64,000 bases of DNA from Patescibacteria group bacterium (GTDB lineage: Bacteria; Patescibacteriota; Gracilibacteria; UBA1369; PNNO01). The notes below the pieces were generated by a model. The model worked only from the letters and a program-made list of their open reading frames with translations, was not told where the DNA came from and did no database searches. This document shows positions 47,148 through 56,994 of the stretch, piece by piece. The translations under genes and the position numbers were made by a program. How positions within the stretch are numbered: the stretch's first letter is position 1; each line of letters opens with the position of its first letter. The stretch covers positions 63,387-127,386 of the forward strand of contig JBHPIO010000003.1 in assembly GCA_042568575.1 (NCBI GenBank), read 5' to 3'.

Positions 47148-49412
47148 ATGCCACGAACAAGAAAAGTTAAACGTCGCACTGCGGTTCGTAAAACTACTCC
47201 AAAAAGAAAAACAACATCCAGGAGAAAGAAAACCACTAATCTTAAGTTTGAGGTTAAATCATCGATAATGCGAGAAATTTGGGCGATTGTTTATTTTGCG
47301 ATTGCAGCTGTTACTTTTTTGAGTATTCAGGGAGCTTTTGGAATTGTTGGCGACCTCTGGGTTGACCTTCTAAAGCCGGTACTTGGATGGGGACATTATC
47401 TTATCCCTCCGATTTTCCTTTTGATTTCGGTGATGCTTTTCTTTGCGAGGAAGGTGAATTTTGGTTTGGCAAAAGTTGTTGGAATTATTCTTATGGTAAT
47501 TTCGATTTTGAGTATTATCCATCTTTCTGTTCCGCTTGAGAGTCTTCATGATGTTGCGAAGGCTGGTACATACGGAGGTTATGTTGGTTTTGTGACGAAT
47601 TTCTTTATGCGAACGCAACTTAATATAGGTGGATTTGGTGCGTCGGTTGTATTTATTGCTACGGCTTTAATTGCGATCCTTCTTACATTTGAAGTTTCAC
47701 TTGTTGAAATTGCACGCTTCATGAAGCCGGAATTTAAGATTGAAACAAAGCCAGAACCTACAAGGAGAGAGCAGAAAATGATTGATGAGGAGATCACAGC
47801 TGCAAATATGCAAATGGCACCGGATGAAGTTTTGCAGGCTATTTATGGAAATAAAGAATCAAATATTCGAATCAAAAGAGCACGTCCTTTGAGTGAGGCG
47901 GCAGAGTCGGAAGCGCAGGCAGCTGCGGTTGAGGCTGAAAAGAAACCGGAACCAGTTAAGGAGGAAGAAGTTATGCCGGAAAATGCTATTCCTAAAAAGC
48001 AGCAGGATTATTCGCAATGGGAATTTCCATCGCTTGATCTATTAAATAACAATGTTTCTGAAATCGAATCGGACGATGATGTGCTTACAAAAAATGCAGA
48101 GATAATTCGTTCAAAATTGGAACAGTTTGGAATTCAGGTTACTATGAATGATATTAACGTTGGTCCGACTGTTGTTCAGTACACATTAAAACCGCACGAA
48201 GGCGTTAAATTATCTAAAATTACTACTTTAAAGAGTGACCTGGCACTTGCTTTGGCTGCTTCTGCAGTTCGTATAGAAGCACCAATTCCCGGAAAGGCAT
48301 TAGTTGGAATAGAGGTGCCAAACGAAGATCGTTCAATGGTTCTTCTTCGCGAAATTTTGGAAAGTCCAGAGTTTAAAAAAGGAGATTCACTTCTTAAATT
48401 TCCTCTTGGACGTGATGTTGCGGGAACTCCGATTATCGCGGACTTAAAAGGTATGCCTCATTTATTAATTGCGGGTGCTACCGGCAGCGGTAAGTCGGTT
48501 GGAATGAATACATTCTTGGTTTCGCTTTTGTATCAGAACTCTCCAAAAGATTTGAAACTTATTTTAATTGATCCAAAACAAGTTGAGCTTAAAGATTACA
48601 ATGGAATCCCACATCTATTAACTCCTGTAATTACAGACCCTGAGAAAGCGAATATTGCGCTTAGGTGGTGTGTTGCGGAAATGAACAGACGTTACCAGGA
48701 ATGCGCGGATAAAGGAAAACGGAACATTACAGATTACAATGCAGACAAAGCTATAGAAGAAAAGATGAGCACGATAATTGTAGTGATTGATGAGCTTGCT
48801 GACTTGATGATGGCTTCCGGAAAAGAAGTTGAAGCTTCAATTTGTAGAATTGCACAGATGGCACGTGCAGTTGGAATTCATTTGGTAATTGCTACTCAAA
48901 GGCCTTCTGTTGATGTAATCACAGGTCTAATCAAGGCAAATATCCCTTCGAGGATTTCGTTCTCCGTAAGTTCTTCTATTGATTCCAGGACGATTTTGGA
49001 TGGAGTTGGTGCGGAAGATCTTCTTGGAAAAGGGGATATGCTTTACCTCCCAAGTGGAATGAACAAGCCAGTTCGTATCCAGGGAATTTACATTTCAACT
49101 GAGGAAATCCAGAAAGTTGCAAACAGAATTAAGTTAACTGTTGAGCCGGATTACGATGACGAAATCGTTTCAACAAGAGTTGTCGGACAAAAGGTTCAGG
49201 GAATTCCTGATTCAAATGGCGGCGACGTTGACGCACTTTGCGGTCAGGCAATCGAAGTTATCAAACAGAACAGAAAGGCTTCTGCTTCACTTCTGCAACG
49301 ACGATTGAAAGTTGGTTACGCACGTGCAGCAAGAATCCTGGACGATCTTGAAGAACAGGGGATGATTGGTCCTTCTAATGGTGCGAAGCCAAGGGAACTT
49401 TTTGTGGAATGA
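47148..49412 (+). CDS. ftsK: DNA translocase FtsK
   Basis: N-terminal TM domain, RIEAPIPGK, GATGSGKS, VIDELADLM, ATQRPS, gamma domain LQRRLKVGYARAARI. Confidence 0.96.
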   Translation: MPRTRKVKRRTAVRKTTPKRKTTSRRKKTTNLKFEVKSSIMREIWAIVYFAIAAVTFLSIQGAFGIVGDLWVDLLKPVLGWGHYLIPPIFLLISVMLFFARKVNFGLAKVVGIILMVISILSIIHLSVPLESLHDVAKAGTYGGYVGFVTNFFMRTQLNIGGFGASVVFIATALIAILLTFEVSLVEIARFMKPEFKIETKPEPTRREQKMIDEEITAANMQMAPDEVLQAIYGNKESNIRIKRARPLSEAAESEAQAAAVEAEKKPEPVKEEEVMPENAIPKKQQDYSQWEFPSLDLLNNNVSEIESDDDVLTKNAEIIRSKLEQFGIQVTMNDINVGPTVVQYTLKPHEGVKLSKITTLKSDLALALAASAVRIEAPIPGKALVGIEVPNEDRSMVLLREILESPEFKKGDSLLKFPLGRDVAGTPIIADLKGMPHLLIAGATGSGKSVGMNTFLVSLLYQNSPKDLKLILIDPKQVELKDYNGIPHLLTPVITDPEKANIALRWCVAEMNRRYQECADKGKRNITDYNADKAIEEKMSTIIVVIDELADLMMASGKEVEASICRIAQMARAVGIHLVIATQRPSVDVITGLIKANIPSRISFSVSSSIDSRTILDGVGAEDLLGKGDMLYLPSGMNKPVRIQGIYISTEEIQKVANRIKLTVEPDYDDEIVSTRVVGQKVQGIPDSNGGDVDALCGQAIEVIKQNRKASASLLQRRLKVGYARAARILDDLEEQGMIGPSNGAKPRELFVE

Positions 49413-49494
49413 TCTTTCCGGATTAATCCAGATTCACAAAAATTTCATTAAAAATGTTGCATACCTATATTCCTCCCGGGAGGAGCTTGACTGT

Positions 49495-49839
49495 TTATGC
49501 AGTTTCTATTGTGCCTTGATGAAAGATCATCTGCCAATTTCCATCTATATTTTTCCAAATGGAACTTCGCAATGATTTCCTTTGAATTTTTTCGTTGAAG
49601 GCGCGATAAGTAGCTAGTATTGTATCAGGGGCCAATTCAATCGTTTCGAAATCACTTAACGATAAATTTGATTCAGGTAGTGTAGGTAAAATCTCAATTA
49701 TCTCCTTTTTACTATATCTTTTTCCTGATGCGCCAAATTCAAAAAAATCATCAGCAAGTAGTTCACCCATCCTTTCTGGAGATTTGCGAACATCAGGCTT
49801 TAATAATTCTTCCTCTAGCTCTTTAATTAGATCATTCAT
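49495..49839 (-). CDS. DUF4440 / NTF2-like protein
   Basis: ELEEELL..VRKS..LLADDFFEFGASG..SLRSSIW..WQMIFHQGT. Confidence 0.85.
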   Translation of the reverse strand: MNDLIKELEEELLKPDVRKSPERMGELLADDFFEFGASGKRYSKKEIIEILPTLPESNLSLSDFETIELAPDTILATYRAFNEKIQRKSLRSSIWKNIDGNWQMIFHQGTIETA

Positions 49840-49850
49840 AAGGATACTAT

Positions 49851-52553
49851 TTAAGCTCCGTGGCACTTCTTAAATTTCTTTCCACTACCGCAAGGGCAAG
49901 TATCGTTTCGGCCAACGCCTGCGTAGGTTGAATCTGGCTGTCCGGTTGGTAGGACTGTTGCTGTCATATTTCTTCCCATTTTCACTGTTTGACCGCCTCC
50001 ACCACTCTTTTGCTTCTCGTAGTTTGCCATCATAGTTCTCATAATGTTTGAGTTGCCTTTCTCGTGGCCGGAAAGCACTTCCTTAATCTGATCTTGATTT
50101 GTCATAACTTGAGCAGGTCGATCCGCTTCAAGGATTTTTACCGGCGCTTGCCTCTCGATATCAAGTTTGAAAATCGTATTAACAGTGTTGCTTTGGATAT
50201 TTGCCATCAATTTATTGAACGTCAAGAATGCTTCCTGCTTGTATTCGATAAGCGGATCTCTTTGACCATATCCTTTAAGCGCAACATTTTCGCGGATCTT
50301 GTTTAGGTTATCAATATGCGCCATCCAGAGCGTATCAATAATATGAAGATAAATATTTCGCTCTACACGTCTTAATATTTCAGGATCGGGAATTATTTTT
50401 TCACGCTCGTCATATTCATGAAAGAAATATCTCTTAATTATTTCGATTAAACGTTCCTTGTCTGTGATGTTTTCGATATCATCAAGTTCGAAAGGCTTTG
50501 CGGGATTTCGGTGAATTGTCTGCGTTGTTTCTGCGATTTCTTTGTAGTCCCAATCACGTGGCTCTTTAGATGTAGTGTGAGCGAGTACGTAGTTTTCAAC
50601 CTCTTGCTCGATAAGAACAATAATGTCGTTTTTAACATTATCGCTTTCAAGTACCTCGCGTCTCTTCTTGTAAACAATAGTACGATGGTAATTAATCACA
50701 TCATCATATTCAACAAGATGTTTTCTGACATCAAAGTTTCGTCCTTCAACTTTCTTTTGCGCACCTTCGATAGAGCCGGAAATCATTTTATTTTCAATTG
50801 GCATGTCATCGGGAATCTTAAGAAGATTCATCATGCCCTGCACACGTTCTCCTCCAAAAAGACGCATTAGCTCATCTTCCATGGATACGAAGAATTGGCT
50901 TGAACCTGCGTCTCCCTGACGTCCACTTCGTCCTCTAAGCTGATTGTCGATACGTCTACTTTCGTGCCTTTCCGTACCTATTACGCAAAGTCCGCCAAGA
51001 TCTTTAACACCTTTTCCCAGTTTAATATCCGTTCCACGACCCGCCATGTTGGTAGCGATCGTAACTGCTTTTGGCTGACCTGCATTTGCAACTATCTCGG
51101 CTTCCTGTTCGTGGAATTTTGCGTTCAAAACGTTGTGAGGAACGCCTTCCATCTTCAAAAGTTTGCTCATCACTTCCGACTTGTCGATTGTAATTGTACC
51201 GATCAAAACCGGCTGCCCTTTTTCGTAAAGTTCTTTGGTTTTCTTGGCTACTGCAACGTACTTTGCCTGTTGAGTTTTATAAATTGCATCCGTAAGATCC
51301 TTTCTTGTAACTGATTCGTTAGTTGGAATCACAAGTGTTTCAAGTCCGTAAATCTTTAAGAATTCTTCTGCTTCCGTTGCTGCCGTACCGGTCATTCCGG
51401 CAAGCTTATTAAATAGGCGGAAATAGTTTTGGAAAGTGATTGTCGCGAGTGTTTTGCTCTCTTTTTTGATCTCTACATTCTCTTTTGCTTCAATTGCCTG
51501 ATGAAGTCCTTCCGAATATCTTCGACCCGGCATCAAACGTCCTGTAAATTCATCGACGATAACAACTTCACCATTATTAACTACATAATCCGTGTCTTTT
51601 TTGAAAATCGCTTTGGCTTTTAAAGCCTGTTCGATGTGATGTACTTCAAGAAATCCGGCTTCGGTATAAATATTTTTTACGCCAAGCAAATCTTCCATTT
51701 TTTTAATACCTTTTTCAGAAAGAGTAGCTGACCTCGTTTTTTCATCTATATTAAAGTCCTCATTTTCTGTTAAACGTTCCACGAGTTGCATGTAACTTTG
51801 ATATTTTGAAGTTGAGTCACCTGCCGGCGCAGAAATAATTAGCGGAGTCCTCGCTTCATCAATCAAAATCGAATCTACTTCATCCACAATCGCGTAATGA
51901 AGGTTCTTTTGGACAACATTTTCGAAGGTTGTTGTCATGTTGTCGCGAAGATAATCAAAACCAAACTCGTTATTTGTTCCGTACGTAATGTCGCATGCAT
52001 AAGCCTGTTTTTTGTCTTCAGGAGACTGACCATGCGAGATTATACCAACCGAAAGTCCAAGAAATTCATAAAGTCCGCTCATCCATTCCGCATCACGATG
52101 AGCCAGGTAATCATTAACAGTTACAACGAACACACCTTTCCCGGTGAGCGCGTTTAGATACACCGGCATTGTACAAACAAGCGTTTTACCTTCACCGGTT
52201 TTCATTTCGGCAATTTTTCCTTTATGCAGAACAATTCCACCAACCAACTGAACGTCATATGGAATCATTTCCCATTCTTTTTCGTTGTCGCGAACTTTCC
52301 ACGACCTTCCCATAAGGCGACGGCAAGCCGCTTTCACAAGCGCAAAAGCTTCCGGCAAAATATCATCAACAGTCTCATCTCCTTCGAGACGTTTTCTAAA
52401 TTCCTCAGTTTTCGCAGTAAAATCTTCGTCTTTAGTAAATTTTGCAGAGTATTCTTTTTCAATTTGATTAATTTTTTCTACAGTCGGCTCAAGTTTTTTG
52501 ATTACTTTCAGGTTTTGATCACCTAATATCTTTGAGATTATCTTTTGGAGCAT
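49851..52553 (-). CDS. secA: Preprotein translocase SecA
   Basis: EMKTGEGKT, VDEVDSILIDEARTPL, ATNMAGRGTDI, QLRGRSGRQGD, SEC-C motif CPCGSGKKFKKCH. Confidence 0.98.
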   Translation of the reverse strand: MLQKIISKILGDQNLKVIKKLEPTVEKINQIEKEYSAKFTKDEDFTAKTEEFRKRLEGDETVDDILPEAFALVKAACRRLMGRSWKVRDNEKEWEMIPYDVQLVGGIVLHKGKIAEMKTGEGKTLVCTMPVYLNALTGKGVFVVTVNDYLAHRDAEWMSGLYEFLGLSVGIISHGQSPEDKKQAYACDITYGTNNEFGFDYLRDNMTTTFENVVQKNLHYAIVDEVDSILIDEARTPLIISAPAGDSTSKYQSYMQLVERLTENEDFNIDEKTRSATLSEKGIKKMEDLLGVKNIYTEAGFLEVHHIEQALKAKAIFKKDTDYVVNNGEVVIVDEFTGRLMPGRRYSEGLHQAIEAKENVEIKKESKTLATITFQNYFRLFNKLAGMTGTAATEAEEFLKIYGLETLVIPTNESVTRKDLTDAIYKTQQAKYVAVAKKTKELYEKGQPVLIGTITIDKSEVMSKLLKMEGVPHNVLNAKFHEQEAEIVANAGQPKAVTIATNMAGRGTDIKLGKGVKDLGGLCVIGTERHESRRIDNQLRGRSGRQGDAGSSQFFVSMEDELMRLFGGERVQGMMNLLKIPDDMPIENKMISGSIEGAQKKVEGRNFDVRKHLVEYDDVINYHRTIVYKKRREVLESDNVKNDIIVLIEQEVENYVLAHTTSKEPRDWDYKEIAETTQTIHRNPAKPFELDDIENITDKERLIEIIKRYFFHEYDEREKIIPDPEILRRVERNIYLHIIDTLWMAHIDNLNKIRENVALKGYGQRDPLIEYKQEAFLTFNKLMANIQSNTVNTIFKLDIERQAPVKILEADRPAQVMTNQDQIKEVLSGHEKGNSNIMRTMMANYEKQKSGGGGQTVKMGRNMTATVLPTGQPDSTYAGVGRNDTCPCGSGKKFKKCHGA

Positions 52554-52656
52554 GTTTCTTCGTTAATTCGGTTAAAAAGCGTCTTAATTCATTCTAAAGG
52601 AAAGGAGGATTTTTGCAATAGGAGTGGGGGGAGGGGATTTTGTGAGCATAGACACA

Positions 52657-53625
52657 TTATTCAACATCTTTTAATGTTTGGATATCAATCTCTCTTTCTC
52701 CAACAACTAGACTTTTTTTGTTGACCCATGTAAAACCTTTTTCAGGGGTTATGATTGCCACATCAACAGGGCCACCTACTCCTGGCATATCGCCAGGGTC
52801 ACCAACAATACCATCAGAGAACCGTTGAATTGCTGTTGTTGTTTCTATTGCAAGTACGCTAAAATCTATCCCATCTTGAAGTGTCATAGTCCCCCATTGA
52901 ATGTTATATTCAAGATTTCTGAGCTGCTGTTGTACTCCTTGAGGAGTGAATTTTGAGGTTACATCCTGTAGCATGGGTAGGTTTCCAAGTCTTGGATCAT
53001 ATCCTAACACAATGCGTGCAAGAACATCAGTTTGACCAATCCAGCTCGCTCCATACTCTTTCCCTTTTTCTTTGCTATCACGTTTTATCTCTACGTCTCC
53101 AGGTATACAGACTCGATATACTTGATGGGAATCATCATTGTTGAAGCCAGCAACAATAAATTGAAGTTGCTCTACTCCCATAATTCCGTCTTTCTCAACT
53201 TTTTGAGGGTCTCTAAATTTGAATCTCACTATTCCTTTTTCTTCCTTGATTTCGATTATTTCACAGCCTTGCCTTTCTAAATCGGCTTTGATTTGATTTG
53301 GAAGCTTTTTGAGTTCTTCCTTATATTTATATTTACTTTCAAAGAATTTTTGTAGTTCCTCACTAATTTGTTTTATTGAAAGTTTTCTTATGTCGGTTTG
53401 TTTTTGAAATTCGTCAATAAATCGACTGATGTTTTTAAAAACGCCATTTTCTGGAAGGAAAGCTAGTCCCGCAATGACTACGCCTACTTTTTTGCCAAGC
53501 TGAAACACTTTAGATGCAGAATCAGATCCAATTCTGCTCATACCTTTCATGTTTCTGTAAGACTGGCGACTATCTGCAGCCAAAACCATTCCTTCTGGTG
53601 TTGTTGTATTTATACAAAGACTCAT
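52657..53625 (-). CDS. Proteasome-subunit-like (Ntn fold) protein with N-terminal Ser
   Basis: ATG 53625: (M)SLCINTTTPEGMVLAADSRQ...SASKVF..VGVVIAG, FIVAGF, GVGGPVDVAIITPEKG. Confidence 0.7.
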   Translation of the reverse strand: MSLCINTTTPEGMVLAADSRQSYRNMKGMSRIGSDSASKVFQLGKKVGVVIAGLAFLPENGVFKNISRFIDEFQKQTDIRKLSIKQISEELQKFFESKYKYKEELKKLPNQIKADLERQGCEIIEIKEEKGIVRFKFRDPQKVEKDGIMGVEQLQFIVAGFNNDDSHQVYRVCIPGDVEIKRDSKEKGKEYGASWIGQTDVLARIVLGYDPRLGNLPMLQDVTSKFTPQGVQQQLRNLEYNIQWGTMTLQDGIDFSVLAIETTTAIQRFSDGIVGDPGDMPGVGGPVDVAIITPEKGFTWVNKKSLVVGEREIDIQTLKDVE

Positions 53626-53626
53626 A

Positions 53627-54247
53627 TTATTTAGATAGGTTAGAAATAATGAATACCGTAAACAATATTCCACACGTGGCAATTATGGCAAGAATATCTG
53701 CCCCAATAAAGAAGACTGAAAAGCCAAGCAACAATATTGCAAGGATGGTCCATTCAGATTGAGTTGTTATAGGGATATTTTTAAGAATACCAAAGATAGA
53801 GGATTTTTCGGTTAAACTGTTCGAAAATGCAAGATTCACCGCGTTTTGTACAATTTTTTTGAGTTGGTTACTGTCGAATTGTGTTCCATCGCTTTTAATA
53901 TCAGCACCCAGTGGAGGAATAAATCCGGATTCTAAAGTTGTTGTCACTGTATCTTGTGCGAGATCTCTAGGTTGTTCTATTTTTGTATTGTCGCCAACAA
54001 GGGTGTAAGGTTTTAGTGGATGGAGATCTAATTCTTTCAAAGCTTTATACGTTGGAATTACTGCGCTTGTCTTTGCCCCTATTTGAGCAAGGTAGCCCTT
54101 TTTTATTAACGATTCAATTGCTCTGAGTACAGATTTGTTGTCAGAGACATTTATTCCTGCTACCATTTCTCCAAGTGATGGGATGATCTCGTTCTCTGAT
54201 TGATATTTGTAGATGAAGATGATGAGATTTTTCTGGTTTTCGGTCAT
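53627..54247 (-). CDS. LexA-like N-terminal DNA-binding domain fused to C-terminal TM helices
   Basis: MTENQKNLIIFI...PSLGEM...SVLRAIESLIKKGYL resembles the LexA wHTH; two hydrophobic helices at the C-terminus; no S24 peptidase domain seen. Confidence 0.7.
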   Translation of the reverse strand: MTENQKNLIIFIYKYQSENEIIPSLGEMVAGINVSDNKSVLRAIESLIKKGYLAQIGAKTSAVIPTYKALKELDLHPLKPYTLVGDNTKIEQPRDLAQDTVTTTLESGFIPPLGADIKSDGTQFDSNQLKKIVQNAVNLAFSNSLTEKSSIFGILKNIPITTQSEWTILAILLLGFSVFFIGADILAIIATCGILFTVFIISNLSK

Positions 54248-54274
54248 AAGATTATTTATTTAGCTTCGTATATA

Positions 54275-54304
54275 ATTATACACCGTCACTTTAGTGGCGG
54301 TCAA
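54275..54304 (-). promoter_or_regulatory. Promoter with a palindromic operator between -35 and -10
   Basis: Minus-strand TTGACC (54299-54304), 18 bp, TATAAT (54275-54280); ACCGTCACT-TT-AGTGGCGGT at 54282-54301. Confidence 0.6.
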
Positions 54305-54377
54305 GTGTTTTTATATGAATAAGGCAAAAAAACGGTTTTAAGCAATTATAAGAACAAGAAAAAGCTTTAATACATCC

Positions 54378-55826
54378 CTAAACCCCATCCGCAGCACTCC
54401 CCTTAAACACAACCACAAACGTCTTCAAGATTATCTTGATGTCCATCCATAGCGACCAGTTCTCTATATAATAGGTGTCGAGTTTAATTTCTTTTTCGAA
54501 GTTTAAATCGCTCCTGCCACTGATTTGCGGCAATCCGGTAGCTCCAGGTTTTATTGTTAACGCGAATTTGTGGTGTCTCTCGTATTTATCTACTTCCTCT
54601 GGCAGATGTGGCCGTGGTCCTACTAAACTCATGTCTCCTTTTAATACGTTCCATAATTGTGGGAGTTCGTCGATGCTGGTTTTTCTTATGAATTTGCCGA
54701 CGCGGGTTACGCGGGGGTCGTCCTTGATTTTTACCATTGGAGTTCCGGCACGCGTGTTTTGTTCGGCGAGCTCGGTGTATCTTAAGTTGTGAGTGTTTGG
54801 ATGCATTGAGCGGAATTTGTAGAAGTTGAATAGCCTTCCGTATTGCCCAACTCGTTTTACGCGGCTTTTGTCGTCCAGATATTTGAATAAAACTGTTCCT
54901 TTTGAATCGATCTTGATTGCGATTGCCGTAATTAAAAGAATAGGGGAGAACAAGATGAGTCCGACTAATGACCCTACGATGTCAAAAAGCCTTTTAACGA
55001 CCTTGCCCCATCCGTCTAGTGCAGTTGGTTTAAGCGAAATTAGAGGGATTCCATTTGGCGAAGCTATATCAATATTTGTTCGTTGAACCTGAACGAGATC
55101 CGGCACGAAGTGATACAAAACATGCTGCGCCCTGCAGAATTCAAGAACATTTTGATTATCGGTTTTAGTTACATCCGACTTTGTTTGAATGAGTTCTTCC
55201 ACTTTCTTCCTCTTTATAATCTTTTCGAGCTCTTTAATTGATCCAAGATATTTAAGCTTTGATTCTTTCTCGTGCTCATCAACTACTCCAAGCAATTTAA
55301 AATGACGATCGTTTTTGAAATACTTATATAGTTCTTCCGACACTCTGTTCATTCCAAGGAAGATTACTCTTCTTTGCCCAATTCCCACTGTTAATAAGAG
55401 TCGTTGAACATAATGGATAATTACTCTTCCGCCTGCCACTAAAATGATTGTTAACAACCAACTGTATCCAAGTGCGAGACGTGAGAACGGGAATTCCCTT
55501 ATTACAAAGAAGTACGCAATGATGAGTAGTACCCATGTTGCTGTTAGAATAATGACTTTTCCGACCTCTTTACTTATTTTTACTGACGACTTGAGCGAGT
55601 ACATTCCGTTTATCACAAAAAGTAGTAATAGGAAGATGGCTGCGCCGGTACTAAAATTTATATATTGATCAAGCGGTGTGAATTGAGTGAGATCTAGCTC
55701 GAGTTTTACGCCCGGAATTAGATTTGGGAATGTTCGGAGATAGTATCCAATAATAAAAGCCAGGAGCGTCATTAAGAAGTCTACTGGTATTTTTACTATT
55801 CCGAATGCGATCTCTGAACGTTTCAT
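54378..55826 (-). CDS. Polyprenyl-phosphate sugar phosphotransferase (WcaJ/WbaP family)
   Basis: N-terminal TM helices, KRLFDI, KFRSM, DPRVTRVGKFIRKTSIDELPQLWNVLKGDMSLVGPRP. Confidence 0.93.
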   Translation of the reverse strand: MKRSEIAFGIVKIPVDFLMTLLAFIIGYYLRTFPNLIPGVKLELDLTQFTPLDQYINFSTGAAIFLLLLFVINGMYSLKSSVKISKEVGKVIILTATWVLLIIAYFFVIREFPFSRLALGYSWLLTIILVAGGRVIIHYVQRLLLTVGIGQRRVIFLGMNRVSEELYKYFKNDRHFKLLGVVDEHEKESKLKYLGSIKELEKIIKRKKVEELIQTKSDVTKTDNQNVLEFCRAQHVLYHFVPDLVQVQRTNIDIASPNGIPLISLKPTALDGWGKVVKRLFDIVGSLVGLILFSPILLITAIAIKIDSKGTVLFKYLDDKSRVKRVGQYGRLFNFYKFRSMHPNTHNLRYTELAEQNTRAGTPMVKIKDDPRVTRVGKFIRKTSIDELPQLWNVLKGDMSLVGPRPHLPEEVDKYERHHKFALTIKPGATGLPQISGRSDLNFEKEIKLDTYYIENWSLWMDIKIILKTFVVVFKGSAADGV

Positions 55827-55852
55827 AAGAGGGCGAAACTTTTATAATAGCT

Positions 55853-56242
55853 GCTGATTTAAGACTTTGGTTATAAGCCGAATTCTGTTACCCGTAAGGG
55901 CTGTGATCATCTATCTGGCCTAATGCTTGCGCATTAGATCATAGCAGTGGGTAGATGTGGGTCCTTAGGAATGAGGATAATTCCCGATCTACCATCCCAC
56001 TTTGCACCTAGTAGGGTTTACCACGGTCATCCGATCTCTCGGAGCCTCCCCGCTTAACGGGGCTTTTCACCTTTCTCGCTGACCTTGCGGCCCGCGATAG
56101 TATAGTCTCTGTGGCACTCTCCCTGCGTCCTCTATTGCTAGAGGAGCGGCTGGCGTTACCAGCTACATTATTCCTGTGGTGTTCGGACTTTCCTCCTTCA
56201 CCTCGAGGGTGACGGCGATCACTTTTAAAGCCCTAAATCAGC
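55853..56242 (-). ncRNA. rnpB: RNase P RNA
   Basis: Minus-strand GAGGAAAGTCCGAACACC and AACAGAATTCGGCTTAT (P4 halves); P1 GCTGATTTAGGGCTTT/AAAGTCTTAAATCAGC. Confidence 0.95.
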
Positions 56243-56281
56243 TTAACTATTATACTGTTATCTTGCTTGCTTGCAAGGTAA

Positions 56282-56551
56282 TCAACGCTTTTCTTTTGCA
56301 TCATCTATTATATCTGTTTCGCAGTTTTCTCGTGCATAGTTTCCATCTCTACCTCGCGGTAAGTGACTGCATGCATTTCTTGCCCTAATATAGGTGTCTG
56401 GAGTTGTATATCTTCCGTGCGCTGCAACAATCGGTTCGCATCCTGTAGATACTCCTCCTGTAATAGCTCCAATTCCAGCTAGAACTGCGGCAAGCATTCG
56501 CTCTTTTCTTCCTGGTTTTCTACGTACTCTTGGTTGTTCGTTTAATCTCAT
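56282..56551 (-). CDS. Small hypothetical protein, possible lipoprotein
   Basis: Basic N-terminus, hydrophobic stretch, STGC. Confidence 0.5.
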   Translation of the reverse strand: MRLNEQPRVRRKPGRKERMLAAVLAGIGAITGGVSTGCEPIVAAHGRYTTPDTYIRARNACSHLPRGRDGNYARENCETDIIDDAKEKR

Positions 56552-56606
56552 TGTGGATTGTTAAAAACAGGGTGTTATTATAGCTTATATCGCCGAGAAG
56601 TCAAAC

Positions 56607-56620
56607 TCAACCTGGGTTGA
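56607..56620. repeat. Palindrome TCAACCTGGGTTGA
   Basis: Compensatory variant of the palindrome at 45806 and 59259. Confidence 0.55.
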
Positions 56621-56790
56621 ACTTAGTGTTCGCTGAACCGTATCAATTTTGCTGTCTTTTTGCTGTATATTTTGATAGCCCTCCAATGTCCCCAACAGAA
56701 ACGCTTTCTTTACGATCTCGCGAAAAATTTGACAAAATACACCAACTAGATAATAATTGCGTCTCTCAAAATAATAATACACTTACTTAT

Positions 56791-56991
56791 ATGGAAAAAA
56801 AGACTTTAACTGTTGCGCCTCCAGAAGGATGTACCATGCATCATGGTGCGAGCGATGTTGTAATGCAAAGGATCAAAGGGGCACATGCAGAACAAACTCC
56901 AAAGCAAATGACAGTTCAGCTTCCGGAATGGGAGGTTCCTGAACTTAGGGATAGACTTGAGAAAATTGGTTTTACAATTTTGGATCAATAA
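56791..56991 (+). CDS. Small hypothetical protein (possible HMA-like fold)
   Basis: ATG 56791: MEKKTLTVAPPEGCTMHHG...LEKIGFTI. Confidence 0.55.
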   Translation: MEKKTLTVAPPEGCTMHHGASDVVMQRIKGAHAEQTPKQMTVQLPEWEVPELRDRLEKIGFTILDQ

Positions 56992-56994
56992 ATC

